A DNA stretch of 64,000 bases from Gemmatimonadales bacterium (GCA_038321865.1 JBBQFH010000004.1:69522-133521); one strand, 5' to 3'; positions 10,401-21,223 are shown, counted from the stretch's first letter. The notes: generated by a model from the letters alone, not told the origin. Program-made: numbers and translations.

Positions 10401-11507
10401 TCGCCGGCCAACAACGAGACCAAAGCCAACCCGACCGCCCCGGGCAACCAGGCGAATAGCGGTGGGCCGACGGTTCCGACCAACTTCAACAACGCCGGCC
10501 AGCTCACCGGTGTGACGACGATTTACGAGGGCCGGTCGTACCAGACGCTTGAGAACACGTACCGTAACGTCGAGGGCGCGCTGGGTGGCGCCGTACGCGC
10601 CGCGGACTTCAACGTGTACTGGGGCGCTGCGGGCAAGGTCGACTCGGTCATCGACGTGACGCACAATGTGGTGGTGCCGTTCTATGGCGATCACATCGCC
10701 GGCGGCTGGGGCATCCTGAACCAGTCGGCCACCACGGCCGTGGGCTCGGCGGACACCCGCCCCACCGTGCTCACCATCGGCGACTGGGGCTGCGTGCCTC
10801 CGCTCAAGACCTACACCGCAGTGCAGAGTAAGCTGCCGTGCTCCGCTGGCACCACGTACGCGCTGAGCAACACGGCGGTCCCGGGCAACATCGCCCTCGT
10901 CGGTGGATCGACGAGTGTGGGCACGGCGACGATGATCAACGCGCCGGTGGCGGGGCAGGGCTTCATGATGTACCTGCCCGGTCACATCTTCTCCTTCGTT
11001 CTCGCGGCGGGCGTGCCCGCTTCGGGCACGGTCTGGTCGATGCGCAGCTACACGGGCGCGATCCAGGGCGGTCAGGGTGGCCCAGGCGGGAACGAGGGTC
11101 CGTACGTCTTCACCCCGACGATCCGGACATTCTCGGCGCTGAATGCGGAGCTTCGGTTCAGCTTCGACGTCGTGAATCAGCTGGTCTCGACGAGCAGTGC
11201 TGATCTCAGCAAAGTGCACACCGTGCCGGACCCGTACTACGTCACCAGTGAGTTCGAGCAGACGACGGATACCAAGATCGTCAAGTTCGTCAACCTGCCG
11301 AACGACGCTGTCATCCGGATCTACTCCTCAAGCGGGGTGCTGGTCGACCTCCTCGAGCACCACTCCACCCAGTTCGGGGGGGCGGAAGACTGGAACGTGC
11401 GGAACCGGAACAATCAGGTGGTGGCGAGCGGTGTGTACTTCTATCACATCGAGTCCGGCGATGCACGACGGGTCGGACGCTTCACGATCGTGAATTTCGC
11501 CCAGTAG
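7500..11507 (+). CDS. Large secreted protein with FN3-like domain and T9SS-type C-terminal sorting domain
   Basis: Sec signal peptide; FN3-like QVTVLW...EGYRIYR...YFYSVTAFD; C-terminal VHTVPDPY...IRIYSSSGVLV...WNVRNRNNQVVASGVYFYHI...RFTIV resembles type A CTD/FlgD-Ig sorting domains. Confidence 0.75.
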   Translation: MHSLFGKRGVMLAGLLAVALAAMTPTAASAKPEPGARGRGFRLFARSLGALTVNRVYCGLATTGEVCVDSSNSSTIGGGYWPKGTADQYIFNSGLQLAGVIGGTKPSNPWGGDTTGAFFFDPKGTTQHGQEVQPIYNSQNPDDVANWPAAAFVPQGDATGALFDPLLQGRVNASQGDVWFLSWEGNPTQNAGRLHPLGVMVETRGMGWNFPTGNQDIIYFVYTFYNITSTSAADYAAARPAIQPILLQQAQAFQAQNNAAFGITLPAGGYTINNLFAAFARDDDVGNAGTNFSSVNLPFALGYTYDQDFGRPAGWTFDPAIFSSPFFAGVGFTAAKYLKSPSGPGQIQLFSNTVNGTPFAGALNDSRDTKQLFRYLSGTLSPASGDQQCNVSGSPAITRVCFVNNTSAADMRFFESSTPLTLAPGQFSSIVVAYIFAAPVITASVTPSSSLHLQPGNPLVLDPKTPAAATALATTGANKVDSLMGFRGWTDISGDCATVVATSPVGCAQQNEFRVVPGSMLGKANVAQAVFNNKFLLPFAPDSPDFFLVPGDNQVTVLWRPSASEASGDPFFAVAKQATVIDPVTSTVVANPLYDPNYRQFDVEGYRIYRGRVDAPNALTLIAQFDYAGTSIKDFAGQINPVINCAPELNIFGPPASACPFDNPFPTPGTLTQTRIKNVSIPLTGGIVQVALGQRSALATSPQTAIVLAADTAVTGGGANGPCAPSLCPELRDNGVPFVYVDNTVRNNFRYFYSVTAFDINSFQSGPTSLESPRLTKSVTPSALAANFQNTASTSNAIFGRNVALTDNAVPALDPTTGIFSKPFPPADGWSLSLAAFVKELIAAPGAVAVRLDSLQLGSAYDNAVNKYFVTINPGASQSNAVLSLLQAQTTGITTSSVGFTGVNVDQSLAARFGGSSAFSIPASLTAKIDGNYYTNSFGRGCINSATGFGSNTAKCDYNGARWFMGPSPANNETKANPTAPGNQANSGGPTVPTNFNNAGQLTGVTTIYEGRSYQTLENTYRNVEGALGGAVRAADFNVYWGAAGKVDSVIDVTHNVVVPFYGDHIAGGWGILNQSATTAVGSADTRPTVLTIGDWGCVPPLKTYTAVQSKLPCSAGTTYALSNTAVPGNIALVGGSTSVGTATMINAPVAGQGFMMYLPGHIFSFVLAAGVPASGTVWSMRSYTGAIQGGQGGPGGNEGPYVFTPTIRTFSALNAELRFSFDVVNQLVSTSSADLSKVHTVPDPYYVTSEFEQTTDTKIVKFVNLPNDAVIRIYSSSGVLVDLLEHHSTQFGGAEDWNVRNRNNQVVASGVYFYHIESGDARRVGRFTIVNFAQ

Positions 11508-11565
11508 CCCACAGCAGGGGGACCGGGGGGAACAACCCCCGGCCCTCTCATCCAGGAGAGCGGAA

Positions 11566-12687
11566 ATGAGTCAGTTCACTGCACGACGGTTTGCCCTGGT
11601 AGCGGCGCTGCTGAGCGGAGTTCCCGCCGGGTTGGCGGCGCAGAGCACGACCCAGGACAATACCGGCTACGGCACCACATCGGCGGAGTTCCTGCTGCTG
11701 GGTGCCGGCGCGCGCGGTGCCGCCCTTGGCGGCGCCTTTGCCTCCATCGCGAGCGACGTCAGCGCGCTCTACTACAACCCGGCAGGCACGGCGCTGATGG
11801 CCCGCCCCGGCGCGATGCTCAGCAGCTATCGCTACGTCGCCGGCACCAAGTACAGCTGGGGTGGCTTCGCCATTCCGACCTCGGGTGGGTCCCGGGCCTT
11901 CGGAGTGCAGATCGGCACCTTCGGCTTCAGTAACCAGCCGGTCTACACCGCCGATCAGCCCGACGGCACCGGCGCGAACTACTCGGTCAACGAGACGTTC
12001 GTCGGCCTCACCATGGCGCAGAACTTCTCGGATCGCTTCTCGGCCGGCATCACGCCGAAGTTCATTTTCGACAACCTCGGTGACGCCAGCGGCACCGCGT
12101 TCGCCGTGGACTTCGGCACGAACTTCCACGCCATGCTCAGCGGCCATCCGATCAAGTTCTCGTTCGTGCTGGCCAACCTCGGCAGCAACATCAAGTACGG
12201 CGGCACGGCCCTCAACAGCTCCACGCCGCGCGAGCCGCTTCCGGGTGAAGACCCGGTCCCGGGCCTCAATCAGCCGTCGCAGCTCCGTACGAAGGACTTC
12301 CCACTCCCGACGCTGTTCCGCGTCGGCCTGGCGTACGATCTCATGGGCGGCGAGTCCAGCCACCTCACGCTGTTGTCCGACTTCAATCAGTCGACCAGCA
12401 ACAAGGCCGGCTTCTCCGTCGGCAGCGAGTTTGCGTCCACCCGGCTCGGCGGCAGCGGCTTCGGCTTCGCGCTCCGCGGCAGCTACAGCTATCAGCCCGC
12501 GAACAACCTGAAGGTCGTCGATCCGGTGAGCACCGCGCTCACCGATGAGGAGAACCTGCAGGGGCTCGCTGTAGGCGGCGGTCTCAACTACGCCAGCGGG
12601 AATTTCAATCTCGGCTTCGACTACGCGTATCGGTACCAGGGCATTCTCGGCGGCACCAACTTCTTTACCTTCAGCGTTGGTTGGTAG
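11566..12687 (+). CDS. porV: PorV/PorQ-family outer-membrane beta-barrel (FadL-like)
   Basis: N-terminal GTTSAEFLLLGAGARGAALGGAF...SALYYNPAG signature; amphipathic strands; terminal FTFSVGW. Confidence 0.8.
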   Translation: MSQFTARRFALVAALLSGVPAGLAAQSTTQDNTGYGTTSAEFLLLGAGARGAALGGAFASIASDVSALYYNPAGTALMARPGAMLSSYRYVAGTKYSWGGFAIPTSGGSRAFGVQIGTFGFSNQPVYTADQPDGTGANYSVNETFVGLTMAQNFSDRFSAGITPKFIFDNLGDASGTAFAVDFGTNFHAMLSGHPIKFSFVLANLGSNIKYGGTALNSSTPREPLPGEDPVPGLNQPSQLRTKDFPLPTLFRVGLAYDLMGGESSHLTLLSDFNQSTSNKAGFSVGSEFASTRLGGSGFGFALRGSYSYQPANNLKVVDPVSTALTDEENLQGLAVGGGLNYASGNFNLGFDYAYRYQGILGGTNFFTFSVGW

Positions 12688-12839
12688 CACCGGGTGAGGC
12701 TCGACAGGCCGCTGTGGTCATGAAGGACCACGGCGACCTGCGGGGCCTGTCCAACGAAGGACGGGTTGGGCGTCTCTAGGGATGCCGGCGCTGGATGCCG
12801 GCCCCAGGCCATTGTTTCTTCCCATCCCGAGGCAGGCGC

Positions 12840-14279
12840 ATGTCGCGTTCATATTTGCTGTTGCTGGCTGCTGCAGTCTGGGCGGGTCCCGTACTAGCCG
12901 CTCAGGCGACCGATCCTCTGACGGTTCGCGCCGTGCGTTTCTACCGCGCGGACGGGCAAAAGACGACGGTCAAGGCGTTCGTCGAGGTCCCCGCCGCGCT
13001 GGGCGAGCCGATGGCCGCCGGCCGGACCGATTCGGTCCGCTATCAGGTGCAGCTCAAGGTGATCGATGCGGCCGGCGTCACGCTCCACAGCGAGACCTGG
13101 GGCAAGAATCTGCTCAACGAGCCGGGTGCCGCCGGTGTCGACATCGTTGAGTTCATCGTTTCGCCGGGCAAGTACCGCCTGGATGCCGCTGTGCTGAACG
13201 CGGCCGGACAGCGAAAGGCGGAAAGCAGCGTCAGTATCGAGGGGTACGCCACGCCTCCTCAGGCGTCGGATCTGCTCCTTGCGCCGATGATGCGGATCGC
13301 CGACAACGCCAGCGACACGGTTCCGAAGGGCGGCGAAATGCGCCGCGGCAATACGCTGATCGCCGCGACGGCAACATTGCACCTGACACCGCTCCGGTCG
13401 CGGGCGTTCTACCTGCTCGAGGCCTACAACCCGGGCGAGCTGGACCAGACGGGCAGCATGCAGGTGTCGGTGCTGGACACGGCAGGACGGACGCTGACGC
13501 AGACACCCCCGGTCGCGGTGCGCATCGGCCCGGGTGGCGGGCTCCTCAAGGGGCAGATCGACCTCGAGGGTCTTCCGGAGGGCCGCTACAGCATGAAGGT
13601 GGCGGTTGACCTCGGCGGCAGGACGGTGGAGCGGACGGCCGATCTGACCATGGCCCCCCTGGCGACCACCGTAGCGAAGAACGCCGCGCTGACCCGGGTC
13701 GCGCTGACGACGGACGAGGGGTTCTTCGCGGCAATGACGGACGCCCAGCTGGACACGGCCGCGGCGCCGCTGATGTACCTCGCCAATGGCAGTGAGCGGT
13801 CGCTCCTGAGATCGTTCGACAAGCTGTCTCCGCTGGCCAAGCGGAGGATGCTGACCGAATTCTGGCAGAAGCGGGCGCCGGACAAGACGCTGCAGCAGAA
13901 CGCGGCGCGCGAGCGGTTCTACGAGGCGATCGAATTCGCCAACCGGGCGTTCACCGAGGGAACCCGCCGGGCACAGGCGGGCTGGCGTACCGATCGGGGC
14001 CGCATTTATGCCAAGAACGGCGCCCCTGACGACGTGCTGAGACGGCCGAGCGGCGGGACGGTGCCGTACGAGGTGTGGCGTTACACGCGGGGCCGTAATC
14101 GTTATTATGTATTTGCCGACCGGACCGGGATCGGGGCATACAATCTCCTGCAGAGCAACGACCTGCAGGAGGCGACCTTCCCCGGCTGGCGCGAGATCTT
14201 GAAGGAAGACGCGGTGATCGACATCGGCCGCTACGTCGGGGTCGACTTCTACAGCGGCAACCAGCAGAGCGGAAACTGA
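12840..14279 (+). CDS. GWxTD-domain exported protein
   Basis: Signal peptide; two Ig-like segments (PGKYRL, PEGRYSM); EFWQKR...FANRAF...GWRTDRGRIYAKNGAPD...YEVWRY. Confidence 0.85.
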   Translation: MSRSYLLLLAAAVWAGPVLAAQATDPLTVRAVRFYRADGQKTTVKAFVEVPAALGEPMAAGRTDSVRYQVQLKVIDAAGVTLHSETWGKNLLNEPGAAGVDIVEFIVSPGKYRLDAAVLNAAGQRKAESSVSIEGYATPPQASDLLLAPMMRIADNASDTVPKGGEMRRGNTLIAATATLHLTPLRSRAFYLLEAYNPGELDQTGSMQVSVLDTAGRTLTQTPPVAVRIGPGGGLLKGQIDLEGLPEGRYSMKVAVDLGGRTVERTADLTMAPLATTVAKNAALTRVALTTDEGFFAAMTDAQLDTAAAPLMYLANGSERSLLRSFDKLSPLAKRRMLTEFWQKRAPDKTLQQNAARERFYEAIEFANRAFTEGTRRAQAGWRTDRGRIYAKNGAPDDVLRRPSGGTVPYEVWRYTRGRNRYYVFADRTGIGAYNLLQSNDLQEATFPGWREILKEDAVIDIGRYVGVDFYSGNQQSGN

Positions 14280-14429
14280 ACGTGACCGCCCGGCCGGAGC
14301 GCCCTGGAGACGCCGTCATCGCATGAGAGCGCGGCACAATTCAGGTGCCGACACAGGGCGGCTTCGGCCGTGCGGGTATCACTGGGGATTCCGGTCCCTC
14401 GTTTCCAGTCCCAACTCGAGGTGCTCGTT

Positions 14430-15821
14430 ATGAAGCAATGGCTACGTCCTATTATGCTGCTCGCGATCCCGATTGCCGCCTGGGGATGCAAGAGCGATCC
14501 GACCGTCACCAACGACATCGGTACCCCGTCGAAACTGGTCGCCAGCCCATCGACGGTCTTTGTGGCGCAAGGCGCCTCGGAGGCCACGTCAGTCACGCTG
14601 GTAGATGCCAACGGCAACCCGGTCCCCGGCACGTTCACCCTGACCCCGCCGAGCGACGCCAATTTTACGGTGGTGCAGGACACGAGCCAGCTGCTGATTT
14701 ATGACGCGGCAGGCAACTCGGTGCAGCGGAGCAGCCAGTCTTCGGCCCGGTACACCATCACGGCGAACGGGTTCGGAGCGACGTCGTTCCAGGTGACGTC
14801 GGGCAGTCTCACCACCACGATCAACGTGTCTTCGTACCCGGCAACGCTGCCGGCGACGTTCAACACGGGTACGCCAGCCGTCGGGCAGACGGTGACCGTC
14901 ACTGCTCCGGCCGGCACGTTCTTCCGGCCCACGTCGACGATTGCGTTTGCCGGCGTTGCCGACGCGAGGATCATATCGCGTGCGGCCGACAGCTCGTCGA
15001 TCACGTTCCTCGTACAGCCGGGCACGAACGGCGTCGCCACCATCTCGAATGTAGGAGTTCGGTCCAGCCCGACGCTCTCATTCACGGTCCCGACCATTGC
15101 CACCGTCAAGCTGCCGGCGCCGACGACGTTCATCGGCACGATCAACACGACGACTCCCGCCGCCGGACAGACCGTTATCCTGACCGGCACGGGCTTCAAG
15201 GTTTCGCCGGCCGCGACAGTCACCGTCGGGGGTACCCCGGCCATTTCCATTACTACGGCGGCGGACAGCTCGACTCTGAGCTTCATCCCGGCGCCCGGAA
15301 GCTCGGGAATCATCAATGTGACCGGTGCGGCGGCGAACGGTTTCGCGCTCGGCCTGCTGCCGACCACGTTGTCGCTCACGGCTGGCTCGGGTGCCGTCAC
15401 CAAGATCGCCGGAACCGATGCGCTGGGCACGGCCCCGACGCTTAATGTTGCGGCGGGTCGCGCCACGGGCTTCATCGACGCGCCGCCGTTCGGCTACCTC
15501 GGGACCGGCTGCACCACGTCGCTGGGCGATCCCTGCAATGTGTACAAGATCGTCACCACAACGGCGAACCAGAAGTTTACGGTGACGCTCGACTGGAATA
15601 ACACCTCCGATCTGGGCCTGTACGTGCTCAACTCCGCCGGCGCGCTGGTTGCTGGCGCGGGCAACGCTGACGCAGGCGGCACCGGAGCCAGCGGACACCC
15701 GGAAAATGCTACGCTCACCTTCGCTACTCCGGGGACGTACTATCTCGCGGTCCTGCGCTTTACCTACGCGGGCTCCACGGTCGATCCGACATACTACACC
15801 GTCCAGATTACGGGCCTGTAG
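14430..15821 (+). CDS. Surface lipoprotein with tandem IPT/TIG-like repeats and a C-terminal PPC-like domain
   Basis: Lipobox AWG-C; Thr/Ser/Gly-rich beta domains; 94-aa internal duplication; C-terminal VTLDWNNTSDLGLYV...PGTYYLAV. Confidence 0.7.
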   Translation: MKQWLRPIMLLAIPIAAWGCKSDPTVTNDIGTPSKLVASPSTVFVAQGASEATSVTLVDANGNPVPGTFTLTPPSDANFTVVQDTSQLLIYDAAGNSVQRSSQSSARYTITANGFGATSFQVTSGSLTTTINVSSYPATLPATFNTGTPAVGQTVTVTAPAGTFFRPTSTIAFAGVADARIISRAADSSSITFLVQPGTNGVATISNVGVRSSPTLSFTVPTIATVKLPAPTTFIGTINTTTPAAGQTVILTGTGFKVSPAATVTVGGTPAISITTAADSSTLSFIPAPGSSGIINVTGAAANGFALGLLPTTLSLTAGSGAVTKIAGTDALGTAPTLNVAAGRATGFIDAPPFGYLGTGCTTSLGDPCNVYKIVTTTANQKFTVTLDWNNTSDLGLYVLNSAGALVAGAGNADAGGTGASGHPENATLTFATPGTYYLAVLRFTYAGSTVDPTYYTVQITGL

Positions 15822-15845
15822 TCGGTAGTTGCTCAGCAGTACGCG

Positions 15846-15881
15846 GAAGCCCCCGGCAGGTTGCCGGGGGCTTCTGTTTTT
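15846..15881 (+). terminator. Rho-independent terminator closing the cassette
   Basis: GAAGCCCCCGGCA-ggt-TGCCGGGGGCTTC followed by TGTTTTT, between convergent genes. Confidence 0.85.
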
Positions 15882-15892
15882 CCTGCCCGGCT

Positions 15893-17703
15893 TCAGGGCG
15901 CGATCGTTGGACCGCCGGTCTCGTCATTGCGGAACTGCGTCTGGTACAGCCGCGCGTACAGCCCGCCGCGTTCCAGCAGCTCCCCGTGGGTTCCTTCCTC
16001 CACGATCCGCCCGCGGTCCACCACCAGCAACCGGTCCGCCCGGCGGACGGTGCTGAGCCGGTGGGCTATGATCAGCGTCGTGCGGCCCACCAGAAGCTTT
16101 CCCAGCGCATCCTCGATCAGCCGCTCGCTCTCGGTGTCGAGGCTGCTGGTGGCCTCGTCCAGGATCAGCACGGCGGGGTCCTTGAGGATGGCGCGGGCGA
16201 TGGCGATCCGTTGCCGCTGCCCGCCGGAGAGCTTGACGCCCCGCTCGCCGACCAGCGTCTCGTACCCTTGCGGCAGCTGTTGCACGAACTCATGCGCGTG
16301 CGCCGCCCGGGCCGCCACCTCGATGTCGGCCCGCGTGGCCGAGGGGCGGGCGTAGGAGATGTTGTCCGCCACCGAGCCGCTGAAGAGGGCGGGCTCCTGC
16401 GGCACGATGCCGACCGCGCCACGCAGGTCCGCTAGCCGGAGTGAGCGGATATCCACGCCGTCGAGAAGGATGCGGCCCTCGTCCACGTCCCAGAAGCGGG
16501 GCAGCAGCGAGACCAGCGTCGTCTTGCCGCCTCCCGAGGGGCCGACGAGCGCGACGACCTCGCCGGGGCGGGCCGTCAGCGCGATGTTCCGCAGCGTCCA
16601 CGGGGCGTCGGCATCGTGCAGGTAGCGGAACGACACGTTATCGTACGTGACCTCGCCGCGGACCCGCGCCGCGAGCGGGCGCGCGTCGGGGGCATCGGCG
16701 ATGGCGGGGGTGGTCTCGATGATTTCGAATACCCGGTGTACCGCGCCCACCGCCTCCTGGTAGGCGCTGTAGAATGAGGCCAGGCCCCCGATGGACGCCG
16801 CGATGAAGATCGTGTAGAGCAGAAACTCGACCAGCGAGCCGGGGGTGAGCCGCCCATCGAGCACCAGGCGTCCCCCCTGCCAGAGCACCACCACGATCCC
16901 GCTGAAGCTGGCGAAGGTGATGATGCCCACGAACACACCGCGGAGCTGCGCCCGCCGAAGCGCCTGCACCACACCCTCCCGGACCCGCTCCCCGTACCGG
17001 GCCCGCTCGGCGCCTTCCTGCACGAAGCTCTGGACCGTCCGGATCTGGCTCAGCGCCTCCTCGGCCACCGCGTTGGCGTCCGCCACCCGGTCCTGGACGC
17101 CGGTGGTGATCCGGCGGAGCTTCCGGCCAAAGTAGAAGATCGACAGCACCACGAGCGGAGCGACGCTCAGCGCCGTGAACGTCAGGCGGGGCTGCCGGAG
17201 TGTGAGCAGAATGATGGCGCCCACCAGCTGAATCACCTGGCGGGAAAACTCGGCCAGCTGATGGCTCATGACTCCCTGCACCAGGGCCACGTCGGCCGTG
17301 AGGCGGCTGGTGAGCTCGCCGGTCCGGCGCTCGGCGAAGAACCCTGGCGGCATGTCGAGCAGCCGCGAGAACAGCTCGCGGCGGAGACCCGCAACCGCCC
17401 GCTCACCGGTCGCGCTCAGCAGGTAGGCCTGGGCATAGTTGAGCACGGCCTGAATAACGAAAAGTATGATCAGGCCGAGCGCGATCCGGTCGAGCAGCCG
17501 CCGGTCGCGGTGCACGAAGGCCGAGTCGAGCAGGTAGCGCACGACGCCGGGGAAGGCGAGACCGATGGCGCTGCTGAGCAGGAGGGTGACGACGGCCAGG
17601 CCGAGCGCGCCCCGGTAGGGACGGACTCGCGGCCACAGCCGGTTCAGTTCACGCGGAGACGGGAGCCGGCGCTTGGGCAGCGCGCCGGGCACTGGCGCGG
17701 CGG

Positions 17704-17707
<4 letters not shown>
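15893..17707 (-). CDS. ABC exporter, fused permease/ATPase (MsbA-like)
   Basis: Six TM helices; Walker A GPSGGGKT, signature LSGGQRQR, Walker B ILDEATSSLD, IAHRLST. Confidence 0.9.
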
Positions 17708-19596
<1,889 letters not shown>

Positions 19597-19695
19597 TAGT
19601 ATCAATCCCGGGCAGATGATCGTCGGCCGCGCGGCGGCGGCGAAACGAGCGGAAAGAACGGCCTCCCTCGCCCCCTTGTCAAGGAAATTGCCCTC

Positions 19696-21066
19696 ATGTC
19701 AGAACCCCGCGATGCCTGGGGCGAACGGCTCCCGCGCCACCTCGGCTTGTGGAGCGCGGTCGCCGTGCTGGTGGGGTCGACCATCGGCAGCGGCATCTTC
19801 CGGGTACCGGCCGGAGTGGCGGCCACCCTGGGCCAGCCGGGACCCGTCATCCTGGCCTGGGTGCTGGGCGGGGCGATCGCGCTCTTCGGGGCGCTGACCT
19901 ACGCCGAGCTGGCGGCGGCGCTGCCGCGCTCCGGCGGAGTCTTCGCGTACATCCTCGAGGCGTTCGGGCCGTTGCCCGCCTTTCTGTTCGGCTGGTCGGA
20001 GCTGGCGGTCATCCGCGCCTCCGCGCTCGGTGCCATCGCGACGATCTTCGCCGAGTACCTCGGGTTCTTCATCCGGCTGTCGCCGATGGAAGTGCGCTGG
20101 GTGGCCGCCGGCGCCGTGATCCTGGTGGGGATCTTCAACTACGTCGGCGTGAGCCTCGCCGCTGTCGTGATGAACCTGACGACGGTCGGCAAGTACGGCG
20201 CCCTGACCGCGCTCTGCCTGCTCGCCTTTGCCGCGGGGGACGGCAGCGCCACCCACTTCACACCGGCCTGGAGTGCCGGCCTCAATCTCTCGCTTTTGGC
20301 CACCGCGCTCATTCCGATCATGTGGACGTACGACGGCTGGGCCGACCTCGCCTTCATGGGCGGGGAGGTGAAGGATCCGCAGCGCACCCTCCCCCTCGCG
20401 CTCATCATCGGCACGGCGGCGATCGTGGTCGTGTACCTGGTGCTCAACCTGGCTTACATCTACCTGCTGCCGCTGCCCGAGATGGCGGGTGCCAAGCTGA
20501 TCGCCTCGACGGCGGCCGAGCGGATTCCGCTGCTCGGAAGCCGCGGGGCGGCGGTGATCGCCGGCGTGGTCATGCTTTCGTGCTTCGGCTCGCTGAACGG
20601 ATCGATGATGACCGGGCCACGGATCTTCTTCGCGATGGCCGACCGCGGGCTGTTCTTCAAGGGAATCGCCCGGGTCTCGCCCCGATTCAAGAGCCCTTCG
20701 GTGGCCATCCTGCTGGCCACGACGCTCGGCGTCGTCTACGTCCTGCTGAACGATTTCGCGCAGCTGGCGGACAAGTTCATTCTCGGGATCTGGCCCTTCT
20801 ATGCCCTCGCCGTCGGGGCGGTCTTCGTGTTCCGGCGTACCCGGCCCGACCTCGTTCGCCCCTACCGGACGTGGGGCTATCCGGTGGTGCCGATCCTGTT
20901 CCTGGTGGCGTCCGTCGGCATGGTGGTGAACGCGCTGGTCACCGACCCGCGCAACACCGGGATCACCTTCGCCATTATCCTGGCCGGCGTGCCTGCTTAC
21001 TATGCGTGGCGGGCCTGGTCCGGGCGGGCCCGGACCGATTCCGTCGCGGGCGGCGACACTGCTTGA
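19696..21066 (+). CDS. APC-family amino acid permease
   Basis: GSTIGSGIF, YAELAAALPRSGG, WTYDGW, GEVKDPQR; about 12 TM segments. Confidence 0.9.
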   Translation: MSEPRDAWGERLPRHLGLWSAVAVLVGSTIGSGIFRVPAGVAATLGQPGPVILAWVLGGAIALFGALTYAELAAALPRSGGVFAYILEAFGPLPAFLFGWSELAVIRASALGAIATIFAEYLGFFIRLSPMEVRWVAAGAVILVGIFNYVGVSLAAVVMNLTTVGKYGALTALCLLAFAAGDGSATHFTPAWSAGLNLSLLATALIPIMWTYDGWADLAFMGGEVKDPQRTLPLALIIGTAAIVVVYLVLNLAYIYLLPLPEMAGAKLIASTAAERIPLLGSRGAAVIAGVVMLSCFGSLNGSMMTGPRIFFAMADRGLFFKGIARVSPRFKSPSVAILLATTLGVVYVLLNDFAQLADKFILGIWPFYALAVGAVFVFRRTRPDLVRPYRTWGYPVVPILFLVASVGMVVNALVTDPRNTGITFAIILAGVPAYYAWRAWSGRARTDSVAGGDTA

Positions 21067-21090
21067 CCTCGCCCGACCGCGGCGTATACT
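21063..21090 (+). promoter_or_regulatory. Sigma70-type promoter of the second TonB receptor
   Basis: TTGACC, 16-nt spacer, TATACT; overlaps the permease stop codon. Confidence 0.6.
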
Positions 21091-21223
21091 TCCCGCCGAA
21101 GGTCAGGCCCATCACCTAATCGCCGCAGTGCAAATCTCCCGCGTCTCCAGCCGCAGCTGGCCACGCCGGGGCATGTTTTCGGAGCGCAGCTCTCCACCTC
21201 TCGCTGGTGAGGACATCGGGACT

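Noticed and set aside
4113..11507. Classical SusC/SusD polysaccharide utilisation locus
   Set aside because: Downstream protein is not a TPR lipoprotein, the receptor lacks SusC signatures and no CAZymes are adjacent.
14300..14360. Glycine or c-di-GMP-I riboswitch
   Set aside because: Lacks the GAAGG/CUCUCAGG glycine core and the GGCAAA/GACGCAAA c-di-GMP features; kept only as an unnamed structured leader.
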